A DNA stretch of 64,000 nt. It comes from Nanobdellota archaeon (GTDB lineage: Archaea; Nanobdellota; Nanobdellia; Tiddalikarchaeales; Tiddalikarchaeaceae). The notes under the pieces are model-generated. The model was not told the DNA's origin. It did not search any database and saw only the letters and a list, made by a program, of their open reading frames with translations. The position numbers and the translations under genes were made by a program. Below, piece after piece: positions 28,431 through 38,932 of this stretch. Location: contig JAFGFH010000022.1 of the NCBI GenBank assembly GCA_016931175.1, positions 17,527-81,526 of the forward strand, in the 5' to 3' direction. Numbering within the stretch: position 1 is the stretch's first letter; each line of letters starts with the position of its first letter.

Positions 28431-29773
28431 ATTACCTGCAAATTAAACAGGGAAAGTAATTCCTCTCTTGGCTTTATCTTTGACCACTCATACAAACTTC
28501 TAGCATCGTCTAACCTTTCTCTTTGAAACAAAGTTTTGTATAATTCTTGCACTACTTCCTTATTTAAATCTGGCTGAACACCTGACCACTCACTCAAATG
28601 TTTAGCCTCATGCATCCATCCTTTTTGAAACAAAGTTTTGAATCCTTCTTGCACTACTTCTTCATTAAAATTTGGCTGAACACCTGACCACTCACTCAAA
28701 AGTTTAGCATCACACATCCATCCTTTTTGAAACAAAGTTTTGTATAATTCTTGCACTATTTCCTCATTTAAATCTGGCTGAATCTTTGACCACTCACTCA
28801 AAAGTTTAGCCACATGCATCCATCCTTTTTGAAACAAAGTTTTGAATCCTTCTTGCACTACTTCTTCATTAAAATCTGGCTGAATCTTTGACCACTCACT
28901 CAAACTTTTAGCAGATTCTACCATTCCTTTTTGAAAAAAAGTTTTGTATAATTCTTGAACTAACTCATCTCTTGGCTGAATCTTTGACCACTCACTCAAA
29001 ACTTTAAACGTATCAAACTGTCTTTCTTGAAACAAAGTTTTGTATAATTCTTGCATGTAAGGTTTTACTTTTCTTAAATCAACCAATTCCTTGAATCCTT
29101 TGCTTGTAATATTATCCTCGCAGCCTAATAAAAAATTAACAAGATGAGTGTTAGCTCTTAACAAATTATTCTCATAAGTCACGTCACCCTCATCCAAAGA
29201 ATCATAATTTCTAAGCAGTGATTCAAGCCTTAAATTAACAACCTTCCTATTATTGCCATTAACTGCCAAACGATTAATTAACTGCTGGTATAACTTGTTA
29301 TCAAAGACATCAAAAGGCGAGTCTAATCCTAAAGCTTGATCGGTTAAATAATGATTAATGAAAAGTATGGCAGAATCAATATTAGCAGTCATCTTAACCT
29401 CATCACTGATTTGCGAATAATCACTCCCGTCTAAAGTCACTGCTTTATGAACGCAGTGAGGCAAACTGCTCAAAACATTAGATTCACCCGTATTATGATT
29501 ATGCTCGTAAGCGTACACACTAAAATGGTCCTCGTCAACATCAACTGCAAAACCAACCTCATTGCCTTCCTCCTCATCAAACAAACTAAGAACAGGACAA
29601 AGAATATACTCAACACCATTAATTGTTGCAGGCCTAACCATGAAATAAGAAGCATCATTAAAAGCATTAGAATTAACAATAGTCTTAAACAAGCCATTAC
29701 CAGAATACTTACTAACAATCTCACTCAAAGCCTCAGGATTTAAAGCCTGATTTAAAACTTCACGACTAATCAT
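28427..29773 (-). CDS. Tandem-repeat protein: ~240-aa unique N-terminal domain followed by six ~34-aa repeats (QELYKTLFQKGWMHEAKLLSEWSKIQPDLNEEVV-type)
   Basis: The protein shows 34-residue periodicity. The underlying DNA has ~102-bp near-identical tandem units with two alternating subtypes. Confidence 0.7.
   Translation of the reverse strand: MISREVLNQALNPEALSEIVSKYSGNGLFKTIVNSNAFNDASYFMVRPATINGVEYILCPVLSLFDEEEGNEVGFAVDVDEDHFSVYAYEHNHNTGESNVLSSLPHCVHKAVTLDGSDYSQISDEVKMTANIDSAILFINHYLTDQALGLDSPFDVFDNKLYQQLINRLAVNGNNRKVVNLRLESLLRNYDSLDEGDVTYENNLLRANTHLVNFLLGCEDNITSKGFKELVDLRKVKPYMQELYKTLFQERQFDTFKVLSEWSKIQPRDELVQELYKTFFQKGMVESAKSLSEWSKIQPDFNEEVVQEGFKTLFQKGWMHVAKLLSEWSKIQPDLNEEIVQELYKTLFQKGWMCDAKLLSEWSGVQPNFNEEVVQEGFKTLFQKGWMHEAKHLSEWSGVQPDLNKEVVQELYKTLFQRERLDDARSLYEWSKIKPREELLSLFNLQVI
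28522..29056. repeat. Coding tandem DNA repeat, ~5.3 copies of a ~102-bp unit (two alternating subtypes, effectively a ~204-bp higher-order unit)
   Basis: Recurring blocks ttgaaacaaagttttg(tataattc|aatccttc)ttgcacta...gaccactcactcaaa at ~102-bp spacing with roughly 85-95% identity by eye. Confidence 0.85.
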
Positions 29774-29812
29774 AAAAGAATTAATAGGGAAAAATGTATT
29801 TAAAAAACTTTC

Positions 29813-30403
29813 TTACCTGCTAGATACTGCTTGTCTCTCTGTCTCTGTCTTCTTTCCTACTGCGAATGATTTCGTGTCATTATCTGCGCTTTGTATTATC
29901 ATTGCTGCAAGCGCTTGAGGAAATGTTGTTTTCTTGTTAGCGCAGTTCTGGTAAGCTCCTTGAGTCATCCACCTGAGTGCTAAGTCTATTCTCCTCTGCG
30001 GAGCAACATCAACTGCTTTAGGGTGCTTGATGCCTCCGTATTCAAGGCTTATTACTTCACTGCACGGGCTCGCGTTTTGAATAGCGTCAACGAGTACCTG
30101 CAATGGGTTCTTTTTAGTCTTGTCTTCTATGATTTTGAAGACTTCCTGAATATTCTTGTACTGAGTCATGTACTTGCCTGTGTTTCTCCCGCTCGTTCTC
30201 CAATGCTTCTTGCCCTTGTGCCCTGTTACGCTCATTTTAAGCATTAATCTCTCAACAATGTGGGCTTTGCTCTTCCAGAACTTCTTCTTCTCATTCCTGC
30301 CCTGACTCTTTGGAATAATGATTGGTTTAATATTAATGTAATTAGTTAATCCCGGGTCTGATACTACCACGCTGCTAGTGTCATACTTGTTGAATAGTTT
30401 CAT
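29813..30403 (-). CDS. rps7: 30S ribosomal protein S7 (uS7)
   Basis: 196 aa uS7 (LVDAIQNASPCSEV...AVDVAPQRR). Confidence 0.94.
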   Translation of the reverse strand: MKLFNKYDTSSVVVSDPGLTNYINIKPIIIPKSQGRNEKKKFWKSKAHIVERLMLKMSVTGHKGKKHWRTSGRNTGKYMTQYKNIQEVFKIIEDKTKKNPLQVLVDAIQNASPCSEVISLEYGGIKHPKAVDVAPQRRIDLALRWMTQGAYQNCANKKTTFPQALAAMIIQSADNDTKSFAVGKKTETERQAVSSR

Positions 30404-30843
30404 TTCGCCTTCTTCTCCTCAGTCTTGCCTTTACTCTTTAACACTTCGCTTAATGCCTTGTCTCCGACTTTGATAACCTTGAACTTAACTCCTGGAATAT
30501 CACCCTTCGCTCCCTTCTGAGGCCCGCCTATTCTTTCTATAACTACTTCGTTGTGCTCGTCAACGTGTTTTATTGAACCGTCTCCTGGAACGAAAGCAGT
30601 AACTACCTTCCCATTCTTTACTAACTGGACTGTTACGCACTTGATTAATCCGCTGTGAGGCTGCTTCTTCTCAACAGTCTTCTTCTTTAACACTATTCCT
30701 CTTGCCGCTGGAGCTCCCCTCATTGGGTCGAACTTCTTCCATACACCGCTTGCTTGCTCGCGAGTTCCTTTCCTGGCGTACTTGAACTTGTTCCTCCTGT
30801 CCATTAATTTCTTTCCAGCGAATAATCCTCTTGCTTTTTTCAT
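30400..30843 (-). CDS. rps12: 30S ribosomal protein S12 (uS12)
   Basis: 147 aa. uS12 core ([32 protein letters not shown]). Confidence 0.95.
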   Translation of the reverse strand: [147 protein letters not shown]

Positions 30844-30847
30844 GATT

Positions 30848-31261
30848 TTATACCTTTACTATTACTTCCTCTATAGCTGGGAAGTATTTTTTAAGAAGCA
30901 TTTTAGTCTTTTTAACTTTTTTGCTGGGAAAAGCTCTTAATGAGCTTTTAATCACTAAGTTCATAGTATTTCCTTCCAATTCCGCGCTTTTTACAGGTAT
31001 TGGTTTAAACAAGTTGGTTGCAAACTTTTCAGGATCAGGATTGAATTCTATAAGTATTATCTTCTTGTTAAACTTTTTTTCAAGAGCTCTTATATTAGCC
31101 CCTCCTTTTCCTATTGCTTTCCCGAAATCTCCCGGGCTTACTATGAAGACTAAATCATCATCGGATTCAAAACAATCCTTTAAGTTTGCCCTAGTTATTG
31201 ATTCAAAGAGAGCAATCTTTTGTATCGTCGACGTATCTAATTTTATTCTAACTTCTGCCAT
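30848..31261 (-). CDS. nusA: NusA-like KH-domain transcription termination/antitermination protein (archaeal NusA)
   Basis: 137 aa, two KH-like segments with GKGGANIRAL. Canonical position between L30e and S12. Confidence 0.88.
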   Translation of the reverse strand: MAEVRIKLDTSTIQKIALFESITRANLKDCFESDDDLVFIVSPGDFGKAIGKGGANIRALEKKFNKKIILIEFNPDPEKFATNLFKPIPVKSAELEGNTMNLVIKSSLRAFPSKKVKKTKMLLKKYFPAIEEVIVKV

Positions 31262-31531
31262 TTACTTTCCACTCTTAACTGATAAGACCATTACTCCGAA
31301 TGGTTTCCTGCACGTCGCTCCTAATTCCAAGTTATTCTTTTCAGAATCTACGAATTCAGCTCCTGCAATCCTTGAAAGATTCTCTAATTCTTTCTTAACT
31401 GCTGCCGGCGCGTTTGATGACACCACAACGAGTGAGGTTTTTTTTGATTTCAGCATCCTAACCGTTGATTTTTGTCCAACAATTAACTTCTTGTCTTTCA
31501 TTGCTTTCTTTATCTCTTCTATTGTGTTCAT
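31262..31531 (-). CDS. rpl30e: 50S ribosomal protein L30e (eL30)
   Basis: 89 aa L7Ae/L30e-fold ([29 protein letters not shown]). Conserved position after rpoA2. Confidence 0.9.
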   Translation of the reverse strand: MNTIEEIKKAMKDKKLIVGQKSTVRMLKSKKTSLVVVSSNAPAAVKKELENLSRIAGAEFVDSEKNNLELGATCRKPFGVMVLSVKSGK

Positions 31532-32667
31532 TTCTTCTTATCCTCTTTTAGTTTTAATTTGAAAAAACCAGTTCCTACAGGTATAGGCTGGTTAATCATT
31601 ATGTTTTCAACAACGCCTTTTAATTCATCAATCTCTTTATGAGCTGCTGCTGAGAACAAGTGTTTAAGCGCTACTTCGAAGCTTGCACGCGCCAAAACGC
31701 TTGGTTTTTCGCCGCTTACTCCGTATCTTCCTATTCCTTTTACTAAGCCGTCTGTTGTCATAACATCTGCTACAAGCATTAAGTGCCTAACGTCAATCTT
31801 TAATCCCTGCTCGTTGAATACTCCCATAACCTCTTCTATAATAGCTGTTCTTGCAGCTTCTATTCCTAATACTTTGCTTATCTCATAAACGTCATTAGTG
31901 ATTGTTTTAATATGGTCAACCTCTTTTATCTTAAGTATCTCTTTCAGGTTGCTTCCCGCTGTTGTTATAACAAACTCTTCACTCTTCCTAACAGGCAATA
32001 CTTGAGTGATTCCTTCTATCCCGCTTATGAATAGTTCTGATAATTGAACCTTTAATTTAAACAAGTCCTGTATCTTAGTCTCTCCTTTAAGTTTAACAAG
32101 CAAAGTGTCGCCTTCTTCAACAACTTCAACCTTTTTAATCTTGCTCTCATTTATTGAATTAGTAATATGCTTTGTTGAAACGTTCAAGTTGTGCATCTCG
32201 TCAATGTCTAATTTAACTTCAACCTGCAGGTTTAACAAGTCAACGTTTATCTCCTTGCTTATGTCCTTTAATAATATCTCTAATATGTTAGCGCTTAATT
32301 GCCTGACGAATTTCTCACTCTTGTTATGAGGAGATTTCAAATAAATCTTCATGCTTGGAGTGCTTGATGCTTTTCTTGCTCCGAAGATTTCAATAATACG
32401 AGGCAGACCTACTGTAACGTTCATCTCGCTTACTCCTGCGAAGTGCTTGGTGTTTAGAGTCATCTGAGTTCCTGGCTCTCCAATGCTTTGAGCAGCGATT
32501 ATACCAATACTCTCTGCCGGGCATATCTGCGCCTTCTTGTAAGCTTTTACTACTTCATCAATGGCTGTTTCCTCTTTCTTGCCGGATAGTTTGTATTCTT
32601 TTATCTTATGCTTTAAATTATTGTAAATATTAACAGGTAATAATTGCTGGACTTCTTCTAATTTCAT
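31528..32667 (-). CDS. rpoA2: DNA-directed RNA polymerase subunit A'' (Rpo1C)
   Basis: 379 aa. Conserved trigger-loop/C-terminal Rpb1 regions ([22 protein letters not shown]). Confidence 0.95.
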   Translation of the reverse strand: MKLEEVQQLLPVNIYNNLKHKIKEYKLSGKKEETAIDEVVKAYKKAQICPAESIGIIAAQSIGEPGTQMTLNTKHFAGVSEMNVTVGLPRIIEIFGARKASSTPSMKIYLKSPHNKSEKFVRQLSANILEILLKDISKEINVDLLNLQVEVKLDIDEMHNLNVSTKHITNSINESKIKKVEVVEEGDTLLVKLKGETKIQDLFKLKVQLSELFISGIEGITQVLPVRKSEEFVITTAGSNLKEILKIKEVDHIKTITNDVYEISKVLGIEAARTAIIEEVMGVFNEQGLKIDVRHLMLVADVMTTDGLVKGIGRYGVSGEKPSVLARASFEVALKHLFSAAAHKEIDELKGVVENIMINQPIPVGTGFFKLKLKEDKKK

Positions 32668-35267
32668 TGCTCGCTCACCTTTTTAACTATTAAGTCAACG
32701 TCTATTGAACCCGCGTCGCTCTTTCCAACGTCTATTCCATCCTCGCCGTACTTGAACTGGACTATGTTTCCATTGCTTGTTCTAACACTTAAATCATTCA
32801 CTACTTTAAAGTCCTGTAAAGCGTTTATTAATCTTCTCTGGAAGTATCCGCTCGTTGGTGTTCTCATACTAGTATCCATCTGCGCGTCACGGCTTGTTAT
32901 TGCGTGGAAGAAGAACTCTGTTGGGCTTAATCCGCTCTTATATCCTCTTCTTACGAATCCTCTGGCGTCAGCGCCTAAGTCTCCTTTCTTGAAGTGGGGC
33001 AATACTCTGCCCTCGTACCCCCTCTTAAGCCTGAATCCTCTAAGTACTTGCTGCCCTACTGCTCCTGCCATCTGGGCAAGGTTAAGCATGTTTCCTTTTG
33101 CTCCGCTCTGAGCCATGACTATTGTGCAATTATCCTTTGAAGCATTGTTTAATACAAGGCTTCCTACTATGTTACGCGCCCTGTTAAGTATGTTAATAAT
33201 CTTCTGTTCAAGGGTTTCCCTAAGTGTTCTTCCAGGCAGTGAAACCATCTCTCCTGACTCGTAGCTCTTTATTGCTGAATTAACCTGGCTTATTGACTGG
33301 TGGAGTTTGCTCTTAATGTCTTTGAACACTTCTTCCGGAAGGTCTGAGTCTGAACTTAATACTGTGAATCCTTTCATGTCAAGTGTTGCAATACCTAGAA
33401 GCGCCATTCTCTGCAAGTAAGTGCTTACCTGCTCCCTGTCGTAAAGCTTAGCTATCTCCTGCAGTAAGAGTCCTTTCTTTGAACCCACACTCTTGTCATC
33501 TATTACTCCGCTTAGTAATTTGCCCTTAACAACTTTAACTATGTCATCTCCTGATTTATTCTTGCTGCCAGGCTTGTATAATCCGCTCTTTCCTTCATAG
33601 TTGAAGTCTTCAGGCAGTACTGCTGAGAATATGTCTTTTCCGCTGACTAGTCCTTCCTTGTTAAACTTCAAGTCAGCATTGTATACTTTAGCTCTTGCTA
33701 ATAATTGGAATGCTTCTTCTTTAGTAAACATCGCGCCTTCTTTTGTTAATGTATATAATCCGCTTAAGTGGTCCTGTTTGCATCCTATTATTGGCAGTCC
33801 GAATCTTGGAGTGATTATTTGAGTGATAACATCCATTAACTCGTCAGCTTCTGCTCTCGCCTCTTCTGTTTGAGGAACGTGCATGTTCATATCATCACCG
33901 TCAAAGTCTGCGTTGTAAGGGTCTGTTACTGTAAGGTTTACTCTTAAAGTATTACCTGGCAATACTTTTACTCTATGCGCCATTATGCTCATCCTGTGAA
34001 GGCTTGGCTGCCTGTTGAATAATACTATGTCGCCGTCGTTCAATGTTCTTTCTACTATGTAGCCGTCGCTTAACTCTTCAAGCAGTAATTCCTTGCTCTC
34101 ATCTGTTACTCTCTTCTTCTTCCCGTCTTGTGAGAAAACGTATAAAGCGCACGGCAGGTTAGGACTGTTCTTTATTAACTGCTTCAACCATTCAATGTTC
34201 CAGCTGTTAACTCTTTCAGGAACAGTTAATGTCTCCGCCATTACTTCAGGAACTCCTATCTCGTTGATTTCAATGTTAGGGTCCGGGCTGATTACGCTAC
34301 GAGCGCAGAAGTTAACACGCTTTCCTGCAAGGTTCTTCCTGAACCTTCCCTCCTTGCTCTTAATCCTCTCAGATAAAGTCTTTAATGGCCTTCCGCTCCT
34401 GTGCCTTGCTGGTGGAATCTGGCTTATATTATTGCTGAAGAATGTAGTAACGTGGTATTGAAGCAGGTCCCATAAGTCTTCTATGATTATCTCAGGCGCT
34501 CCAGCATTCAAGTTTTCTAATAATCTCTGGTTTGTTCTGACAATATCGCTTAATTTGTGAGTTAAGTCATCCTCACTCTTCTGCCCGCTTTCTAATGTAA
34601 TGCTTGGTCTTACTGTTACTGGAGGAACAGGCAATAGTGTTAATACCATCCATTCAGGTCTTCCGCCTAACGGGTCAAGTCCTAATAGTTCAAGGTCGTC
34701 ATCAGCTACTTTTTCAAGCCTTTCTCTCATATCAATTGGTGTAACTCTGACTTTTTCCTCATAGAAAGAGTACGGTTTTTTGAGCTTTAGTTTTTCTCTC
34801 TTCTCCCCGCAGTAAGGGCATACGAGTGTATTCTTAGCCCTGCTTATTATCTCTTTTGAAATGTTCCATTTTTCAAGCTCTCCTCTCTGCCTCTCAACGA
34901 GCTTCATTTTAAGCTTGAACCTTTCAAGCGTCTTCTCGTCAAGACTTATCTTCCCGCACTTAGAGCAAGTGCTTCTAAGAGCATTGTATATGAAGTCTAA
35001 GTATTTAATGTGAATTACTGGACGCGCGAGTTCAATGTAACCGAAGTGTCCTGGGCAGTCTTTAACTCTGGCACCGCATGTCCTGCACCTGAGTCCTGGT
35101 TCTATAACTCCCATTCTCAGGTTCATTAATCCCCCTTCTACTGGGTAACCGTCAGCGTCGTACAATTCAGGAGTGATTATTTTAACCACGCTCATCTCCT
35201 TAATCACTTTCGGTGATAATACTCTGAACTCTATGCTTCCTATTTTTTCTTTAACTATTCCCATCAT
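32664..35267 (-). CDS. rpoA1: DNA-directed RNA polymerase subunit A' (Rpo1N)
   Basis: 867 aa. Zn-binding N-terminus ([20 protein letters not shown]) and catalytic NADFDGD motif. Confidence 0.97.
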   Translation of the reverse strand: MMGIVKEKIGSIEFRVLSPKVIKEMSVVKIITPELYDADGYPVEGGLMNLRMGVIEPGLRCRTCGARVKDCPGHFGYIELARPVIHIKYLDFIYNALRSTCSKCGKISLDEKTLERFKLKMKLVERQRGELEKWNISKEIISRAKNTLVCPYCGEKREKLKLKKPYSFYEEKVRVTPIDMRERLEKVADDDLELLGLDPLGGRPEWMVLTLLPVPPVTVRPSITLESGQKSEDDLTHKLSDIVRTNQRLLENLNAGAPEIIIEDLWDLLQYHVTTFFSNNISQIPPARHRSGRPLKTLSERIKSKEGRFRKNLAGKRVNFCARSVISPDPNIEINEIGVPEVMAETLTVPERVNSWNIEWLKQLIKNSPNLPCALYVFSQDGKKKRVTDESKELLLEELSDGYIVERTLNDGDIVLFNRQPSLHRMSIMAHRVKVLPGNTLRVNLTVTDPYNADFDGDDMNMHVPQTEEARAEADELMDVITQIITPRFGLPIIGCKQDHLSGLYTLTKEGAMFTKEEAFQLLARAKVYNADLKFNKEGLVSGKDIFSAVLPEDFNYEGKSGLYKPGSKNKSGDDIVKVVKGKLLSGVIDDKSVGSKKGLLLQEIAKLYDREQVSTYLQRMALLGIATLDMKGFTVLSSDSDLPEEVFKDIKSKLHQSISQVNSAIKSYESGEMVSLPGRTLRETLEQKIINILNRARNIVGSLVLNNASKDNCTIVMAQSGAKGNMLNLAQMAGAVGQQVLRGFRLKRGYEGRVLPHFKKGDLGADARGFVRRGYKSGLSPTEFFFHAITSRDAQMDTSMRTPTSGYFQRRLINALQDFKVVNDLSVRTSNGNIVQFKYGEDGIDVGKSDAGSIDVDLIVKKVSEQ

Positions 35268-35274
35268 TTTATCA

Positions 35275-37074
35275 TCAATCCTTGTACTCCACGTTTAGTT
35301 TAGGGTATATGCATAAGCTCTTTAACTCGTCAAGTAAGAGTTTGAACGCGTAACTCATTTCAATAAAGGTTACTGGCGCGTCATCCCCGCATACTGAACA
35401 TACTCCCTTATTCCTGTACTGGTTAATGTAAGCTATTAACCCGCACTTCCTGCATACTGGTATTATTGACTTGTCTGAGTCAAACCTTTCCTTTAATAAT
35501 AGTGCTGAGCCGTGAGCTACTAGTACGTCCTTCTCCATCTCTCCCAGTCTTAATCCTCCTTCTTTGGCGCGCCCTTCTGTTGGCTGCCTTGTTAGTAATT
35601 GTACTGGGCCTCTCGTTCTCATGTGGTACTTGTTAGCTACCATGTATTTTAGTCTCATGTAATAAATGTTTCCTATGAATATCTTAACTTGGAACATTCT
35701 TCCAGTCTTGCCATCGTATAAAGTCTCTGAACCGTTCTCTCTGAATCCGAGAGTGTGAAGTTCTTTTCTTAAGTCAAACTCTGATTCTCCAGTGAAAGCT
35801 GTGCCGTCTATGTATCTTCCCTGAAGCGCTCCAACCTTTCCGCCGATTACTTCTATTAACTGCCCTACAGTCATACGGCTTGGGATACTGTGAGGGCTGA
35901 ATATTATGTCAGGAACTATTCCTTCGCTGGAAAAAGGCATGTCAGTCTTTGGAACCAGCAGTCCTATTACTCCTTTCTGCCCGTGCCTTGTTGCGAACTT
36001 GTCTCCTATCTCTGGTATTCTTGGCTGCCTTACTCTGATGTTTACGAACTTGTTTCCCTCCTCTGATTCTGTGATTATTACTGTGTCAACCGTTCCTTTC
36101 TCTTTAATTACTGCAACGCTTGACTCATGCCTTGATTCAACACCTACCCTGAACTCTTCCATCCCGCTTAGGAATCTTGGAGGACTCGTCTTTCCAATTA
36201 ATACGTCATCGTCTCCTATCTCAGCCTCTGGGAATATGATGCCGTCCTCTTCAAGCTTAGCATAATCTTCTTCAACCCTGTAGCCTGCTACCTCTTTGTC
36301 TGGTATCTCTATCTTGTCCTTGATTCCTCCAGCGTATCTCAACTCCTCACTGTTGAAAGGCTTGAAGAATGTTGACCTGAAAAGTCCTAATTCAACGCTG
36401 TCCTTGTTAAATATTATGGCATCATCAATGTTGTAACCCTCGTGAGTCATTACCGCGATTACAATGTTCTGCCCTACAGGGTGGTTGTCGTATTTAACAT
36501 TCTTGTACATTACTGTATCAACGATTGGGCGCTGAGGGTAATGCATCATGTCAACGTCGCTGTCTAATCTTAAGTTAAAATTAGTAGAGTATATTCCTAA
36601 TCCCTGCGTGAGCATCTTTGCTGCAAGCATTACACGTCCTGCACTGTTATGTTCAGCAAAAGGCGCCAGGCTTGACTGGCTTCCGAATAGTGCAGTCTTT
36701 ATTATCTCCATATGAGTGTGTTCTTCAGTTAATTCATCATCGTCAAAGGCTATGAGTGCGCTCTCTTCCTCTTCAGCGTCCAAGTATTCTATAATATTAT
36801 TAGAGATTAACTGCTTCCAAGTCATTGCTCCCTTCTTTAAATCTTCAACTATTTCTTTGGTAAGCTTTGATTTGCCGTTCTCAACTATTATTAATGGCCT
36901 TCTCGCTCTTCCAGCCTCTGTTAGTATGTTTACGCAGTTCAACGCCTTATCGTATGATACGTTTAAATTAGTTGTTACGTTTGAGTTTCTTCTCTGTTCT
37001 TTTATCCTCTTAACGAAATCGGCGGGGTTTTCAACATCTCCTATTATTACTCCGTTAAAGAACACCTCGCTCAT
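35275..37074 (-). CDS. rpoB1: DNA-directed RNA polymerase subunit B' (C-terminal part of split Rpo2)
   Basis: 599 aa. Rpb2 C-terminal motifs (GQKGV, GEMEKD) and terminal Zn ribbon (CRKCG...CSVCG). Confidence 0.96.
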   Translation of the reverse strand: MSEVFFNGVIIGDVENPADFVKRIKEQRRNSNVTTNLNVSYDKALNCVNILTEAGRARRPLIIVENGKSKLTKEIVEDLKKGAMTWKQLISNNIIEYLDAEEEESALIAFDDDELTEEHTHMEIIKTALFGSQSSLAPFAEHNSAGRVMLAAKMLTQGLGIYSTNFNLRLDSDVDMMHYPQRPIVDTVMYKNVKYDNHPVGQNIVIAVMTHEGYNIDDAIIFNKDSVELGLFRSTFFKPFNSEELRYAGGIKDKIEIPDKEVAGYRVEEDYAKLEEDGIIFPEAEIGDDDVLIGKTSPPRFLSGMEEFRVGVESRHESSVAVIKEKGTVDTVIITESEEGNKFVNIRVRQPRIPEIGDKFATRHGQKGVIGLLVPKTDMPFSSEGIVPDIIFSPHSIPSRMTVGQLIEVIGGKVGALQGRYIDGTAFTGESEFDLRKELHTLGFRENGSETLYDGKTGRMFQVKIFIGNIYYMRLKYMVANKYHMRTRGPVQLLTRQPTEGRAKEGGLRLGEMEKDVLVAHGSALLLKERFDSDKSIIPVCRKCGLIAYINQYRNKGVCSVCGDDAPVTFIEMSYAFKLLLDELKSLCIYPKLNVEYKD

Positions 37075-38570
37075 TCTACCACCTTCTTCATTCCCATCTT
37101 TACTAACTCTTCAACTATTTCTTCATCATTATCATTTGGAACGCTTACCTCGCACATTATGGCAAGGTTCTTTCTTAATCCCACGTTTGTTCCGTCAGGC
37201 GTCTCGCTTGAGCATAATCTTCCGTAATGGCTTGGGTGCAAGTCACGCGCTTTGAAATTCTCCCTCTGGCTTGTTAATAGTGATGCTACTCTTCTTAAGT
37301 GTGATAATGTGCCGAAGAAGTTATTCCTCTCCAAGTGCTGGCTTACTCCTTGTCTTCCTCCAACCCATTGCCCTGTTGCTAAACTGCTCTTTATCCTGCT
37401 CGTTAAAAGTTTTGCTCTTGTAACACTGCTTATGCTTGGCAGTTTGCCTCTCTTAACTAGTCTCTCAAAATTATATTTCATGTCTCCTATGAACATTCTG
37501 AAGCTTACCCTGAATAATGACTCCATCATCTCCCTGCAAAGCCTTAATCTCTTGTTCTTATAATGGTCTTTATCATCTGATTTTATTAAACCATGGCTGT
37601 AAAGCATTAGTTTCCTTATCATATTAGATAAGTATTTTGCCTTTAACACTCTGTCTTCCTTCTTGTGCCCTATGTGAGGGAATAAGAACTTGTCAATAAC
37701 TTCTTCTGCTCTCTCTACTCTTATCTGAGAACTGTAAGTTATTCCCATCTTTTTCCCAACAAGGTTTAATGCATCATTAACAGACTGCAATTCGCTGATT
37801 TTGTAAAGGTTAACGTATATCTCTCCCATGAATTCTTCAGAAAGATTTAATGAGCTAACAACTTCCTGGTCGTCGTTTAATCCTAATGCTTTAAGCACTG
37901 CAAAGACTGGAACTTCTTTTACTCTTGTAAAGTTCATGTTAAGTGTGCCGTCTTTTAATTTGATAACATCGTGAAGTATCTTGTATTGGCCGTCGTCGCT
38001 GAATACCTTTGCAACGTAAGCGTTCGTTGTTGAATTATGCTCTACTAATACCTTGTTAGGCGCCAAGTCTTCAACTACTACTATAACTCTCTCTGTTCCA
38101 TTGATTATGAAATAACCTCCTGGGTCGTTAGGGTCTTCTCCTAACTCTATTAATTCCTCTTCATTCTTCCCGTACAAGTGGCAGTACTTGCTTCTTACCA
38201 TTATTGGCATGTTTCCAACGTGAACCGTCTTCATCTCTTCCTCTATGCCGTCTTTTTCTACAACGATTTCCATAAATATTGGAGCCTCGTAAGTAAGGTT
38301 TCTTATCCTTGCCTCTACTGGCGTGATTATTCTCTTAGTGCCGTCTGCTTCTTTAACACTAGGAGTCTCAACAGTTATTTTTCCAAGTTTTATTCTCAAA
38401 TCACTTACTCCTTTCGGCAAGATGTCTGGTATTATCTCCTTAACCTCTTCAACTATTTTCTGTAGACTCTTATCTGTGAAATTATTGAAGCTTGCAAGAT
38501 TATGATTGGTCAGCATTCTTTCCTTGAAGAAAGTGTCAAGAACTGCTTTGCTTACATCCTTATCCATCAA
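37071..38570 (-). CDS. rpoB2: DNA-directed RNA polymerase subunit B'' (N-terminal part of split Rpo2)
   Basis: 499 aa corresponding to the Rpb2 N-terminal protrusion/lobe/fork. Overlaps rpoB1 start by 4 nt. Confidence 0.96.
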   Translation of the reverse strand: MMDKDVSKAVLDTFFKERMLTNHNLASFNNFTDKSLQKIVEEVKEIIPDILPKGVSDLRIKLGKITVETPSVKEADGTKRIITPVEARIRNLTYEAPIFMEIVVEKDGIEEEMKTVHVGNMPIMVRSKYCHLYGKNEEELIELGEDPNDPGGYFIINGTERVIVVVEDLAPNKVLVEHNSTTNAYVAKVFSDDGQYKILHDVIKLKDGTLNMNFTRVKEVPVFAVLKALGLNDDQEVVSSLNLSEEFMGEIYVNLYKISELQSVNDALNLVGKKMGITYSSQIRVERAEEVIDKFLFPHIGHKKEDRVLKAKYLSNMIRKLMLYSHGLIKSDDKDHYKNKRLRLCREMMESLFRVSFRMFIGDMKYNFERLVKRGKLPSISSVTRAKLLTSRIKSSLATGQWVGGRQGVSQHLERNNFFGTLSHLRRVASLLTSQRENFKARDLHPSHYGRLCSSETPDGTNVGLRKNLAIMCEVSVPNDNDEEIVEELVKMGMKKVVE

Positions 38571-38838
38571 CTACCACCCTGTAAAAAACACTATCCTCTG
38601 ATGTGTAACTCTTTCTAGTTATCTTGAAAACGTCATTAACCTTTGCACTCATTAGTTTGCATATAGGGTCGTTAATGTTTATCTTAGGCAATTGTATTAT
38701 CTTAGCATTGAATCTTTCAAGAAGCGCCTTAACCTCTTCAGGTTTTAGTATCTCAAACTTAGGGTTATAACTATGTTCTAATATCTGCTCGTTTAATTTA
38801 CTCTTCTCTGTTTTTTCCGGTTTCTTTTCTTCTGCCAA
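38560..38838 (-). CDS. rpoH: DNA-directed RNA polymerase subunit H (Rpo5/Rpb5 C-terminal domain homolog)
   Basis: 92 aa. Conserved position as first gene of the H-B''-B'-A'-A'' operon. Rpb5-like C-terminus (FKITRKSYTSEDSVFYRVVV). Confidence 0.88.
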   Translation of the reverse strand: MAEEKKPEKTEKSKLNEQILEHSYNPKFEILKPEEVKALLERFNAKIIQLPKININDPICKLMSAKVNDVFKITRKSYTSEDSVFYRVVVDG

Positions 38839-38858
38839 CGCCTTTACCTTCCCTTATA

Positions 38859-38932
38859 TGAGCCCGACGGGATTTGAACCCGCGACCCCTTGATTAAAAG
38901 TCAAGTGCTCTGCCAAGCTGAGCTACGGGCCC
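38859..38932 (-). tRNA. tRNA-Lys (anticodon TTT)
   Basis: Reverse complement GGGCCCGTAGCTCAGCTTGGCAGAGCACTTGACTTTTAATCAAGGGGTCGCGGGTTCAAATCCCGTCGGGCTCA folds as a canonical cloverleaf. Anticodon loop CUUUUAA, discriminator A. Confidence 0.88.

Noticed and set aside
28470-29060. Regularly spaced ~102-bp direct repeats, briefly considered as a CRISPR-like array
   Set aside because: The units are contiguous with no unique spacers, far longer than CRISPR repeats, and are in-frame coding sequence of the 34-aa repeat protein. This is a coding tandem repeat, not CRISPR.
29447-29743. Two overlapping ORFs (98 aa plus strand, 84 aa minus strand) inside the tandem-repeat protein gene
   Set aside because: They are out-of-frame shadows within the N-terminal domain of the 448-aa protein. 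Their composition is low-complexity.
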